Positions 26,253-37,717 are shown, numbered from the stretch's first letter. The stretch is 64,000 nucleotides of DNA from Octopus sinensis (GCF_006345805.1 NC_042998.1:58900001-58964000); one strand, 5' to 3'. Program-made: numbers and translations. The notes: generated from the letters alone by a model not told the origin.

Positions 26253-26510
26253 GGAGCAGAATCAGATTAATATATTATACATTTGTGTGTGTTTACATGT
26301 GTGTACATGTGTCTTTGTGTTTGTGTATGTGTATATAATGTGTAGGAAAGATATATTAAATGTGTATGCTTTGTACACCTTCATTACTTTTTAATGTAAA
26401 TCGCAAACGTTCAAGTCAGCCTCTGACCCTAATCTAGAAGAGATTGCCGACCCTATAAAACCTTACCGATAGTAGCAGACCTCATATATATATATATCTA
26501 TCTACACATA

Positions 26511-27588
26511 CAGGGGTTGGACAAAATAATGGAAACACCTTAAAATTTCAAACAAATTTGGTAGTAATTACAGTTTGAATGCCACGAGATATGGACTCAT
26601 ACAAAGTTTGAATTGTTTCCAAAGGGATTTTTGTCCATTCTTCAGCTAAAACAATCTCCAGTTCTTGTAGTGATGATGGTGGAGAATATCGACTGCTTAG
26701 TTGTTTTTGTAAACTTCATAAATATTCAATAATATTGAGATCTGGGGACTGGTGCCCTCATAAGATATTCAGCTTCACTAGAATGTTCCTCGTGCCATTC
26801 AGTAACAATTTTAGCTGTGTGAATTGGTGCATTATCATCCTGAAAGATTGTGTTTCCCCTGCGGAAAAAGTTCCGCAACCATAGGATGAATTTGATCAGC
26901 TAAAAGACTTAAATAGTCTTCACTATTAATTCTGCCATAAAGAGAAGCCATTGGGCCGGCGGATTTCCAAGATATAGCCTCCCAGATTATCCTCCATGTT
27001 TAACAGTTGGAAGAAGGCAGTCTGGGTCTAATGTTTCTTTTGGCTGTTTCTACACATATACTTGGCCGATGGTCGGAAATATTGTAAAGGATGACTCGAA
27101 CAGTTTTTGTGGAAACTTGGTTATCGAGGTGATCATTAAGCTCTGCAGTAATTTTGGGAGCTACACTTTTGTGATCCTTTCTAACAATTCGCGCATGAGT
27201 CCGACGGTCCCTGTCTGAAAGTTTTGGTATTCTTCCGGAGTTTTGTTTTGACGAAGGTTTTTCCCTCTTTCTGAAAGGCTATCATTACTTTCGAGACAGT
27301 ACTTCTTGACACACCAAACATTTCGGATGTTTTCGTTACGCAAGCGCCTGCCATTCAAGCAACAACAATTTGACCTCTTTGAAAGTCCGATAGATCTCTC
27401 ATTTAAATGGATTTTAATTACCTTTTTCTGATAATATTTGAAAAGAAACAGAAATTTTAGCATAACATATTCAGCAACATTAATAATAAATCAAAAACAT
27501 AAAAATAAACAAGCTTTTGATGGTTTTATGGATATTTCAAAATTATGATGTTTTAACGCTAGGTGTTTCTATTATTTTGTCCAACCCC

Positions 27589-27590
<2 letters not shown>
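26511..27590 (-). mobile_element. Tc1-like DNA transposon with decayed transposase
   Basis: 30-bp TIRs CAGGGGTTGGACAAAATAATGGAAACACCT / AGGTGTTTCTATTATTTTGTCCAACCCCTG (1 mismatch), TA on both sides; minus-strand FQDDNAPIHTAKIV and PDLNIIE. Confidence 0.92.
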
Positions 27591-27624
<34 letters not shown>

Positions 27625-28129
27625 CGGGGGTGGTGGATGTATCCTTTTACTTATTTCAGTCATTCGATTGCGGCCTTGCTATGTGTATATATTTGCCACA
27701 TAGAAGTCACAACTCAATCATGTGCGCAAGAGATTTTATCCAACGAACAGCGGTTGTTTATGTGATATTTTTGTGGTCTAACTAGAACTTTTCAAGAGCG
27801 TGGAGTACAAATGCAGTCAAATTGCGTGCCAAAATTTCAGAGTGTCTGGCGTCGAGTTGGCGTAAACTCTTCTAATAGATGTTTTACTGATGGATAATCA
27901 ACCTGGAATGATAGAAGAAGAAGATACACCTCGGCACCTCAATATGGATTGACACGTAGAAATTAGCCCAAATGTTGAGTTTCTAACAAAGACTTTCTGT
28001 ACGTAACATATTACGCTGTCTCATATGAATTTATTGCATGGAAACCTTTCCTATTAATGTAACAAATAAACTATTTTTTCAATACATAGAAAATCTTTCC
28101 ATATTACAATGGTAATAGTGTTTGTTTGC

Positions 28130-28410
28130 TGTCTTCGGCACTTATGATTAAAAGTTCTTTCGAAGACATTGCACAGCCGACTTAGAGGTTGTGATTTCAC
28201 ATCAACCGACGAAGTGTTTATGCATGAGAGCAGAATGCTTCATTTCGAATTAGTTAAGTTCAGCTCTTTTTTATGTGGTGTTTAAGTCGATGGACCTTTT
28301 GCCCATCAGTTGTTAGCTCGAGTTTCCAAATGTGGAGCGGCTAAACTCAATAACCATATCTTATCGGCCAGCAAAAATTAAAAATAACGGTACATGATAG
28401 ATGTGTGACG
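28130..28410 (+). pseudogene. Possible mariner transposase C-terminal remnant
   Basis: LRGCDFTSTDEV resembles the mariner LxGxxFxSxxEV motif; little else recognisable. Confidence 0.35.
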
Positions 28411-29289
28411 CTGAATGTGTTATTCATTTTTATTATATGTACCGGGAGTCGCTATTGCCTTTTACTTCTGATTTTTGTATTTCATTAAAAAATTTTTTTT
28501 TTCACTTTTAACGAGGAAGTAAGGCCAGTGCCCATGTCAGCAGTCACATTACTGTACGTACAACATTATTCTTCAAAGAAGCATTAACACCACACCATTT
28601 TCGTCTCCAAAATATTATGCCCAATTCTTTCAAGCCAATCAGATTTATTAAGGAATAGAAAACTGTGGTAAAAATTTAATATTTTGGTTGCAAACACGAT
28701 TCGAAACTGTACAGGAATATAGAGCTGCGCTTCGAGTGTTTTTCCTGCAGGAAATAGCAGCTAAATCTCTTCAAATAACACTCAGCCATCAAACTAAGAG
28801 CAGGAATCATTAATTAGTCTTGTCATAAATGAGTTTAAAAAGATAAGACAATCATGGGAAAAAGTCTACTCAAGCTGGTCTGTACTCAATATATAGAATA
28901 ACATCTGCGACAAGAGCAACAAAACCAACAACCGTCTATTCTTCTGAGTGTAAATAATATACCCGTTTTTTACCAATGGTTTATAGATTTACTGAGATTC
29001 TAAACGTCTGATCGGATGAAAAATTACTCAATCATTTAGTTTATTCCGTTCGAATTGTACTTCAGCCAAGAATGCCAGAATAGAGTGAAACAAATAAATG
29101 AAGAAATAAAGAAACAAAAAACGGTAACTAAGTATGTAATATAAATATGAATAAATAAAATGAAAACAAAAACACAGATAAGGCGTTTTAATATTAGAAT
29201 TCTAAATTTTCTTCTCGGATATAAATATATAAACACAGAAGTTAGACTACAGATGTATTGATAAATAAACGCACGTGCACACACACGAG

Positions 29290-29362
29290 TATATATATAT
29301 ACACACACACACACATATACATATATATATTATATATATATATATATATTATATATATATAT

Positions 29363-29414
<52 letters not shown>

Positions 29415-29500
29415 AAGGTATGTAAGTATGTATGCGTGTGTAAATATAAGTAAATTATGTACATCTCTCTCTCACACATTCCACACGCACATATAAGTAT

Positions 29501-29591
<91 letters not shown>

Positions 29592-29648
29592 TAGATAGAT
29601 AGATAGATAGATAGATAGGTAGATAGATAGATAAATAGATAGATAGAT

Positions 29649-29725
<77 letters not shown>
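29290..29725. repeat. Compound (TA)n/(TG)n/(GATA)n microsatellite
   Basis: Directly visible. Confidence 0.95.
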
Positions 29726-30137
29726 TGGAGAAACATGATCATACGAGCGGAAGAATCCAAAATTTAAACAGAATTCGTTGCTATAAAACAGAGTAAGTAT
29801 ATGTTATGAAATATTTTCTTGGAAAATTGAACACACACACACACATACACACACACATACACACACACATACACACACATACATTTACAATACATATAAA
29901 TATAGTAATTTTTGATAGGAAAACTTTGAGACCAACTTCGAAGTTTCGGCTTAGTAGCCGTTATCAGTCCCCAACCTGATGACGGTTAACAAAGTAGAAC
30001 TTTGTTACTGTTAACCTTTGTGTTGTAAAATAAAATTAATAAATACGATATTCTACTGAAAAGTGCCGAGTGATCTTTCAAGTTTAATTTTCAACTGTTT
30101 TTATATATACCTTTATATAAAAACAAAGAAATATATT

Positions 30138-30276
30138 TACCAAATCCATTCACAAGTCCTTGATCAGCCTGAGGCTATAGTAAAAGACAGTTGCCTAAGG
30201 TGCCGCACAGTGGGTCTGAACCCGGAACCATGTGGTTGGGAAGCAAGCTCTTAACACATAACTACACCTGCGCCTA
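30138..30276 (-). mobile_element. SINE family B, 5' part
   Basis: Minus strand ATAGGCGCAGGTGTAGTTATGTGTTAAGAGCTTGCTTCCCAACCACATGGTTCCGGGTTCAGACCCACTG. Confidence 0.8.
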
Positions 30277-30438
30277 TATATATATATATATATAATATAT
30301 ATATAAAATAGTAAAGAGTGAAAAAACGACAGAAGGCTTAAATGTTAAAAAATATATATATTTGCGTCAATATGTCTGAAGAATATTAGAAAATTTTTTT
30401 AAACAAAATTTTTTCCCTTTATAATGACATAATTTTTA

Positions 30439-30477
30439 AAGAAAGACCGGTTTCGCATTTAGCTTTTCAAATTTCTT
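30439..30477 (-). ncRNA. Minimal hammerhead variant (U3-A8), antisense copy in left inverted repeat
   Basis: Exact reverse complement of 33447-33485. Confidence 0.65.
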
Positions 30478-30502
30478 GTGACGTTATGTTTATGTTTAAT
30501 AG

Positions 30503-31048
30503 ACCCCCAACTATCCTCCATACACTAAAAACAGAAATTACTCACAACCAACCTTTGCAAACCACGCAAGACCTAACAGGGAACTAGCTGACAGAGGACG
30601 CGTCTATGAAATAAATTACACCAAAAACAGATCACACCAACAACATCCTAATACCAGACCCAACCACCATACAGCACAAAACGACACTAGAATAAGAAAT
30701 ACACCACACACAAATCGCTACTACCCCTTGAACCAAAATTACTGGTCCCCAATAAACACAAGACAAACGCAAAAAAACACTATGTAAAGCAACATCCCAC
30801 ATACAAGCAGTTCGAAACAAAAATATTTCCCATACAGAAATTTTACACACACCACAAACAATAACAACCATAGATTCCCACACACACACAACGATCGGGG
30901 GCAACAATACCACCACTCCCCCGACCAAACACCACACAACCTCACAGACAACTCATACAAACAAAATTACACCCAACATTTTTTAGCCAGGGACCAGGGA
31001 CACCAGGACACAGGCTGGAACCTAGTAATAAGGAAAAACCGAAGATAA
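30503..31048 (+). pseudogene. Upstream Asn/His/Thr-rich reading frame of the Penelope-like element, 5'-truncated, one internal TAA at 30785
   Basis: Frame 2 reads TPNYPPYTKNR...QKNTM*SNIPH...TQHFLARDQGHQDTGWNLVIRKNRR*; overlaps the RT frame over 30874-31048. Confidence 0.6.
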
Positions 31049-33315
31049 TCAATCTTTCAACCAAACCTCTTTCTAACATAAAAATTGACATCCTCTCAAA
31101 ATGGCTCAAGTTTACACCAACTCCACGCAGAGCCAACCTAAATGAAATCAAGGATAATATAACAGAATTTTGCAGAAAATTAAGACTAGCAGAAGCATCA
31201 GCCAGTTTCAATACTGAAGATGAATCACTAGTCAAGAACAAAAGTGAACACATCTCACACAGAGGAAGAAATAAAGATCTTGACGAATTCTGTAACCACA
31301 TTGAGAACTTCCCCTACCATACTATACATAAACAGAAAGCTAACTCAAATTTTAACACTACACAATGGAAAGAACTGATAGAACTTCAAAATGATGAGGA
31401 TATAACCTTTAAGGAAGCAGACAAGGGAAATGCAGTTGTAATAATGGATACATCATACTACAGAAATCTTGTAATTTCCTTGCTTGATGACGACCTACAT
31501 TATGAAAATATTACCAACTACACCCCACAAAAAATAATGAAAACTCTATCTTCACTAATTAAAACCCATGAAAAGGAACTAACAACCAAAGAGATTGACT
31601 TCCTAACAAACTTTAAATGCAAACCTAGCCTTTTCTATGGTCTGCCAAAAATTCATAAAAGTCAAATTATAAATGAAACCATTAAAAAATCACCAAAGAC
31701 ATACATACACACACCTAACCCGGGGGACCTAAAACTACGACCCATTGTAGCTGGCCCAACCTGTGAAACACACAGACTAAGTCTACTTATGGACATCCTC
31801 CTGAAACCCTTCCTTAAACATATCGATAGCCATATCAGAGATGACTTAGATATGTTAAACCACCTTCCAAAAAAAGCCAAGGAAGAAACGATCCTGGTGT
31901 CATTTGATGTAGTCAACTTGTATACCAGTATACCTCATAATTATGGACTGGAGGCAATACAGTTCTGGTTAGACCAATTTCCGGAAGAAATACCAAAACG
32001 GATCAGTAAAGAATTCATTACTAAATCAATTGAATTCATCCTACACAATAACCACTTCATGTTTGACAATACATTTTACCGTCAAAAATCCGGAATTGCT
32101 ATGGGTACAAGGGCAGCACCAGTCATTGCGAACTTAACAATGGGATACATGGAAATAATCATTTACCAGGAATTTTTATCAATCTTTGGAAATCCCCTCT
32201 CTCAATACATAAAAGAGAACTGGAAACGATTCTTAGACGATTGTTTTATTCTCTGGAATGAAAACACAGATAAACTCCTAAAATTTAAAAACCTATTGAA
32301 CAGCATAAACCCAAATATACAGTTCACAATGGAATACAACAAAAAGGAGCTCCCGTTCTTGGATATACTAATTAAAAAAATTAACCTTAAAATAGAAACA
32401 GACATTTTCTACAAAACCACAGACGCCAAACAATACCTTCTCTTTAATTCATGCCACCCAAGACACACTAAAACAAACATCCCCTTCAACCTTGCAAGAA
32501 TGATATGCACAATAGTGTCAGAACAAAATACCAGGAACTTTAGACTGCAAGAACTCAAAAACACCCTAATTGACAGACATTACCCAACTCAACTCATAGA
32601 GGATGGGATCAGACGTGCAACAGAAATCAACATAGAAACTTTAAGAAAAGTTCAACACAACAACACACCTTCCCCGAAAATACTACCTTACATATCTACA
32701 TACAACCCCAGAAACAAAGAAGCCTTCACCATCATCACCAAGAATTTACCAATACTTCATAAAAACCCAAAATTAAAGGAAATTCTAAACATACACCAAA
32801 TCATTAAAAGCTACAAACAGCCTAAATCACTTAAAAAGATTCTCACAAAGGCAAAATTGTCTTCTGAAATTACGGATGCAAAAGTAAAAAAATGTGGTAG
32901 ATCGAACTGTGCAACATGTCCTAACCTGCTAGAAGGATCAGAATTCCTCTTTAAAGAGGAACAGAAATTCAAGATCAAATCTAACTTTACTTGTGCCTCT
33001 GAAAACATAATTTATGTCATAAAATGCTCGGGCTGCCACCAAGACTACGTGGGTTCCACGGGACTATCACTCAGACGTAGATGCACACTGCATCGACAAC
33101 AGATTGCATTCCCAGAATATAGAATGATACCTTTTACTGAGCACATTGAGAAATGCGCAAAGCAACTACTACCACAATTTTTAATCTTTCCATTTTACCA
33201 ATGTGCTTTCGGATCATCAACACAAATTAGACTAAACAAGGAAACATTCTTCATTGGAAAGTACAAGCCCAGACTCAACCATCCGAACATACTGATACAG
33301 AGAAATTCACATTAA
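30874..33315 (+). CDS. Penelope-like RT + GIY-YIG endonuclease; stop-free frame from 30874, first ATG at 31444 (623 aa)
   Basis: IINLS..LSK.LKFTPTP and KEADKGNAVVIMD (conserved, upstream of the ATG), LVSFDVVNLYTSIP, GIAMGTRAAP, RFLDDCF, LPFLDI, CGRSNCATC, NIIYVIKCSGCHQDYVGSTG. Zn-finger/GIY-YIG spacing resembles Neptune/Naiad types (clade is inference). Confidence 0.93.
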   Translation: MPTHTQRSGATIPPLPRPNTTQPHRQLIQTKLHPTFFSQGPGTPGHRLEPSNKEKPKIINLSTKPLSNIKIDILSKWLKFTPTPRRANLNEIKDNITEFCRKLRLAEASASFNTEDESLVKNKSEHISHRGRNKDLDEFCNHIENFPYHTIHKQKANSNFNTTQWKELIELQNDEDITFKEADKGNAVVIMDTSYYRNLVISLLDDDLHYENITNYTPQKIMKTLSSLIKTHEKELTTKEIDFLTNFKCKPSLFYGLPKIHKSQIINETIKKSPKTYIHTPNPGDLKLRPIVAGPTCETHRLSLLMDILLKPFLKHIDSHIRDDLDMLNHLPKKAKEETILVSFDVVNLYTSIPHNYGLEAIQFWLDQFPEEIPKRISKEFITKSIEFILHNNHFMFDNTFYRQKSGIAMGTRAAPVIANLTMGYMEIIIYQEFLSIFGNPLSQYIKENWKRFLDDCFILWNENTDKLLKFKNLLNSINPNIQFTMEYNKKELPFLDILIKKINLKIETDIFYKTTDAKQYLLFNSCHPRHTKTNIPFNLARMICTIVSEQNTRNFRLQELKNTLIDRHYPTQLIEDGIRRATEINIETLRKVQHNNTPSPKILPYISTYNPRNKEAFTIITKNLPILHKNPKLKEILNIHQIIKSYKQPKSLKKILTKAKLSSEITDAKVKKCGRSNCATCPNLLEGSEFLFKEEQKFKIKSNFTCASENIIYVIKCSGCHQDYVGSTGLSLRRRCTLHRQQIAFPEYRMIPFTEHIEKCAKQLLPQFLIFPFYQCAFGSSTQIRLNKETFFIGKYKPRLNHPNILIQRNSH

Positions 33316-33446
33316 GGGAAAGGAAAAAAAAATTTAAGCGATTATCTCCCTTACACCGGAAGAAATCACCCACTACCTTCCCTTATTTAGAACTCTCCGG
33401 AGCTTAAACACAAGGATAACTCTATTAAACATAAACATAACGTCAC

Positions 33447-33485
33447 AAGAAATTTGAAAAGCTAAATGCGAAACCGGTCTTTCTT
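33447..33485 (+). ncRNA. Minimal type I hammerhead variant (U3-A8) in Penelope terminal repeat
   Basis: aagaaa t TTGAAAA gc taaat gc GAAA CCGG TC | tttctt. 6-bp stem I, palindromic ACCGGT, GUC triplet, predicted cut after 33479. Confidence 0.7.
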
Positions 33486-33680
33486 TAAAAATTATGTCAT
33501 TATAAAGGAAAAAAAAATTGTTTAAAAAAATTTCTAATATTCTTCAGACATATTGACGCAAATATATATATTTTTTAACATTTAAGCCTTCTGTCGTTTT
33601 TTCACTCTTTACTATTTTTTATATATTCACCGACGTGCTTTCACAAACCAACTTTCTTATCTATATATATATATATATAT

Positions 33681-34044
33681 GTAAAAAAATACAAACTGGG
33701 ACAAGAACGCAAAACATTTAGAAGACGATACAAAAAACAGGGACGGGACATTCGAAGCCTTCAATCTTCAGTCAAGAACAAGATCATCCTCGCAATTTCG
33801 GCTGATTAATCTTGAGATCGCTCCGATCCGGCCAGCCCCAAGGAAAAACGAAGCTACGAGCATTAGATTTCTTGGAAAAAGAATCGAATGTATACGAAAC
33901 AGGGACAGAAAAACGGACGATGCCACACGAATATAAATACAAAAAGCAATAATAGTAATAACAGGACAAAAACAGCGGGTGTCTTACGACTATAGACAGT
34001 ACAACTTAGTTTAGCTGGCGTATTTGGAAAAGATGCCTTTTTCG
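33681..34044. repeat. Unclassified GC-richer, repeat-like segment abutting the Penelope element
   Basis: Non-coding, bounded by (TA)n on the left. Resembles an octopus interspersed repeat from memory; single copy in this window. Confidence 0.35.
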
Positions 34045-34422
34045 AAATATCTATGTATCTGTCTGTCTGTCTATCTCACTGTCTATCTGTTTGTCTATCC
34101 AGCAATCCGTCTATCCACCAATCTTTATTTATATATAGATATTTATTTACATTATTTACACTTGATGGATATTTATTTACATGTATATGATGTGCGTGTG
34201 TGTTAGTGTTTGTGTATGTGTGTGTGAGAGTACATAGATACATTATGTATGTAAGTACGTATATATATATCACACACACATACACAAACACTAACACACA
34301 CGCACATCATATACATGTAAATAAATATCTATATATAAATAAAGATTGGTGGATAGACGGATTGCTGGATAGAAAAACAGATAGACAGTGAGATAGACAG
34401 ACAGACAGATACATAGATATTT
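34045..34422. repeat. Long fold-back inverted repeat (~150-bp arms, ~42-nt spacer)
   Basis: 34045-34227 is the reverse complement of 34270-34422, apart from a ~30-nt insertion in the left arm and rare substitutions. Confidence 0.9.
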
Positions 34423-34662
34423 TTACATTGTAATGCCTGACGACAGAAAAATTAATTCAGTACATTCCTGCAGCACTTGTAAAGCAAAATATTTTGCCAT
34501 TAAAGTGACACGCAAAATGTAGTGAAACAATTATATTATTTTCAAGCATGGCCCAGTTAATGAAATAAATTTTAACTCTAAATTTACAATGTATTAAGTA
34601 TTTTCTTGTGTTACAGTCAATTCGGTTCCAGACATGTCGTAAAATATATATAATATTATGTA

Positions 34663-34720
<58 letters not shown>

Positions 34721-34990
34721 GTTTGTATGTATGTATATGTAGATATAAACGTACATACTTACATATACACATGTCTAAACATACATACATGTATATATAA
34801 ACAGATATAATATTATATATCAGTATCCACACACACACATACGCGCACACACACATACACACACACATTCACACACACGCACGCACGCACTTATACACGT
34901 ATGTCTGTGTGTGTATAAGTGTGTGAGGATAATTCAAGACAACCAGAGTAACATAAAAATTAACAGACCGAAAATATTATAAATAAAAGA

Positions 34991-35022
<32 letters not shown>

Positions 35023-35133
35023 GTATACATATATATGTATATATGTATATATATATATGTGTATATATATATATGTATATATATATGTATATATTATATA
35101 TATGTATATATATTATATATGTATATATATATA

Positions 35134-35219
<86 letters not shown>

Positions 35220-35220
35220 T

Positions 35221-35395
35221 AAGGCGGCGAGCTGGCAGAAACGTTAGCACGCCGGATGAAATGTTAGCGCTATTTCGTCTGCCGTTACGCTCTGAGTTTA
35301 AATTCCGCCGAGGTAGACTTTGCCTTTCATTCTTTCGGGGACGATAAATCAAGTACCAGTTACGCACTGGGGTCGATGTAATCGACTTAATACCT
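35221..35395 (+). mobile_element. tRNA-derived SINE family A
   Basis: AAGGCGGCGAGCTGGCAGAAACGTTAGCACGCCGG...GAGTTTAAATTCCGCCGAGG...GGGGTCGATGTAATCGAC. Confidence 0.85.
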
Positions 35396-36329
35396 TTGTC
35401 TGTCTTTGTTAGTCCCCTCTATGTTTAGCTCCTTGTGGGTAATAAAGAAATATATATATAGTTAAAGATATACCTTCATAGACACACACATAACCCGCGT
35501 GTGTATATGTTTGTGGTTATGCATCTGCATCTTTGTGTGTTTCTGGATGTATTTACGTATGCCAATAACTGTGCATGCCTATATGAGCAAGCATACATTA
35601 ATGGAGACGTTTGAATGGAGAAGCACGTGTGTGTCACTGATTCTAACTGCAATGTGAACATGTCTTTAGATGTATCTCAATGCGTTATTTGTATTAACAC
35701 CTAGTTTGTGTATTAGCATGTTTATACGCAATCCTGTATGCGTGTGTTAAGCCCCACTCCCAGCATCCCTTATGTTGCTTGAAATCTTTTCTTTTCACCC
35801 AATGTATTGCAAAGCAACCCTTTATCTATTATTGACAGACAATTTCTATAATGGTGCTGTACAGCTACTTTTTTTTCCTATCAATCGCCAAGATATATCT
35901 TCAATATCCATAGACATCTCATTGACCTAATTCTTATTTAACTGCAAAAGTTTCAGTTCCTCTTGTTATTTAATGACTCGCTTCAAAAAGGTATAGGAAA
36001 CTAATCTAATCGAATATATATATAATACGTAGATGTGTATAATATATAATGTGTGTATAGATATATGTGTGTGTGCGTACGTGTGTGTATGTGTGTGTTG
36101 TGTGTGATTGTGCTTGTGTGTGTATGTATGTACGTGTGGGTACATGTGTGTATAGTTTTTATATTCTCTCTTTATCTTTTATTGAAATTTTTGCAGTTTC
36201 TCGTTTCGTTTTACTTAAGAACATTACTACTTCGATGGTATCATCATTTATTGTACTTTTGTCAGCCACTGTCTGTCTTCGTATACCGGAGTAAAATTTA
36301 AAAATCGAAAAAAGATAAAATGAAAATAC

Positions 36330-36640
36330 TTTTAGTTAAATGAAATCAAATGTCGCCGAACACAATATGAACGCCCTGCTCGGAAGTGACCTCTCTCTAG
36401 TTTCAATGGCAGCTTGATACCGTTTCACTTGACTTGCATTGCTGATGCTTCTTAGATGAGACACAAATGGTTGGTGAACATAAATCAATACTATTTTTAA
36501 TTCATCTATATTTTTATTTATTTTACATCGCAAATGCTGAAGAACAGCCTCGTTGAGAACAAGCTTCTTATGTGTCAAACATTGGTGCACTGCATCATAA
36601 GAATAACAAAACACTGTTGAAACAGGTATAGGACTTCGCA
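36330..36640 (-). pseudogene. Possible Tc1-type transposase C-terminal remnant
   Basis: KNIDELKIVL...RYQAAIETRERSL resembles the xxxELKxAI...RxxAVIxAxGxH ending; weak. Confidence 0.3.
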
Positions 36641-37429
36641 GAATTTCAATAAACACAAATACACCATTTTTTTTATTTATCGTTATTCTGTAGCGAAGGC
36701 ACTACCTATGACCCTTTGCAAGGCCTCAAAAATTGGTGGAGGGAAGGTGGGGTTAAGAGATGATGCTATCCTAACATTGGAGACTTGACCCAAATACTTG
36801 CAACAATGTGAATCCCACTAGAAGCAGATGAGATGCTGAGTGGTGGTGTCGAATTGTGCGAAACGATTAAGTCTATTAACCATTTAGACTATTGCAGAAT
36901 TTCAAAGCAAAATGTAAAAAGCCAGAACAAATATCGTGGGATATCCGATCCGATTGCTTTCAACTTATATCATTCCATCATGGTCAATTTGACCTCGGCA
37001 GGTTTGTACTCATAATACAGCGAATATGAGCAATTAATTGTTGCCAAATAAACCCCTAATCAATTTCTTTTTCTGATTTTGGATTTTATCCTAAAGTTAC
37101 AGTAATCTGATCATATTGTTATTGTTTTTTTTTGTGGTGGTGTTTGTTTAGAATAAGTTTGCTCTGATCGAGCAAACTCACGGTCAATACCATTCCAGTT
37201 TTGATTTTACTTCCTCAGGAGCATTCCGTCCTCTAACTATGCAAAGGCAGTGAACTTTAAACATTATCGTAATGTAGCTAGATATATAGAACAATTATGA
37301 ACTAAGGGGACATAATCAGGTTCATATGTCAAGGTCAGTGTTAGGCTTAATGCTAAACATCAAAGATGTTGCCTCTCTAATAATAATAGAGAAAATATTC
37401 AAATAAAGTAAATGAAATACTTGATAATA

Positions 37430-37462
37430 TATACACACACATACACACACACGTACATATTG

Positions 37463-37500
<38 letters not shown>

Positions 37501-37717
37501 ATATATTTATGTACACGCGCGCTACACACAAATGCAAACATACCTATTGTATATACGTATTCTACTACAGAAAGCTTCAAGCATCAGAAACAATTTGATT
37601 TTTGTTGCAAAATGAAGGAAATCTTGTATAAGCTGCATTATACAGTATGATCTATTGAATTATTGATTACCTGGTCTAACAATTAAGTTATCTATATACA
37701 GGATATATCTATATCTA

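Larger units (their letters stand above)
30303..33660 (+). mobile_element. Penelope-like retroelement (endonuclease-positive) with inverted terminal repeats
   Basis: 30303-30503 is the reverse complement of 33421-33626, differing only in homopolymer runs. Encloses the RT + GIY-YIG frame; (TA)n on both flanks; ~34-nt extra 3' extension. Confidence 0.93.

Noticed and set aside
32880-33420. Selenocysteine recoding or SECIS, as reported for some Penelope-like clades
   Set aside because: No in-frame TGA in the ORF (Cys codons are TGT/TGC) and no SECIS-like ATGA..AA..GA stem evident in the 3' UTR.
33735-33830. Minus-strand CTGAAGA..GAATGTC
   Set aside because: Lacks A15.1 and a coherent stem I.
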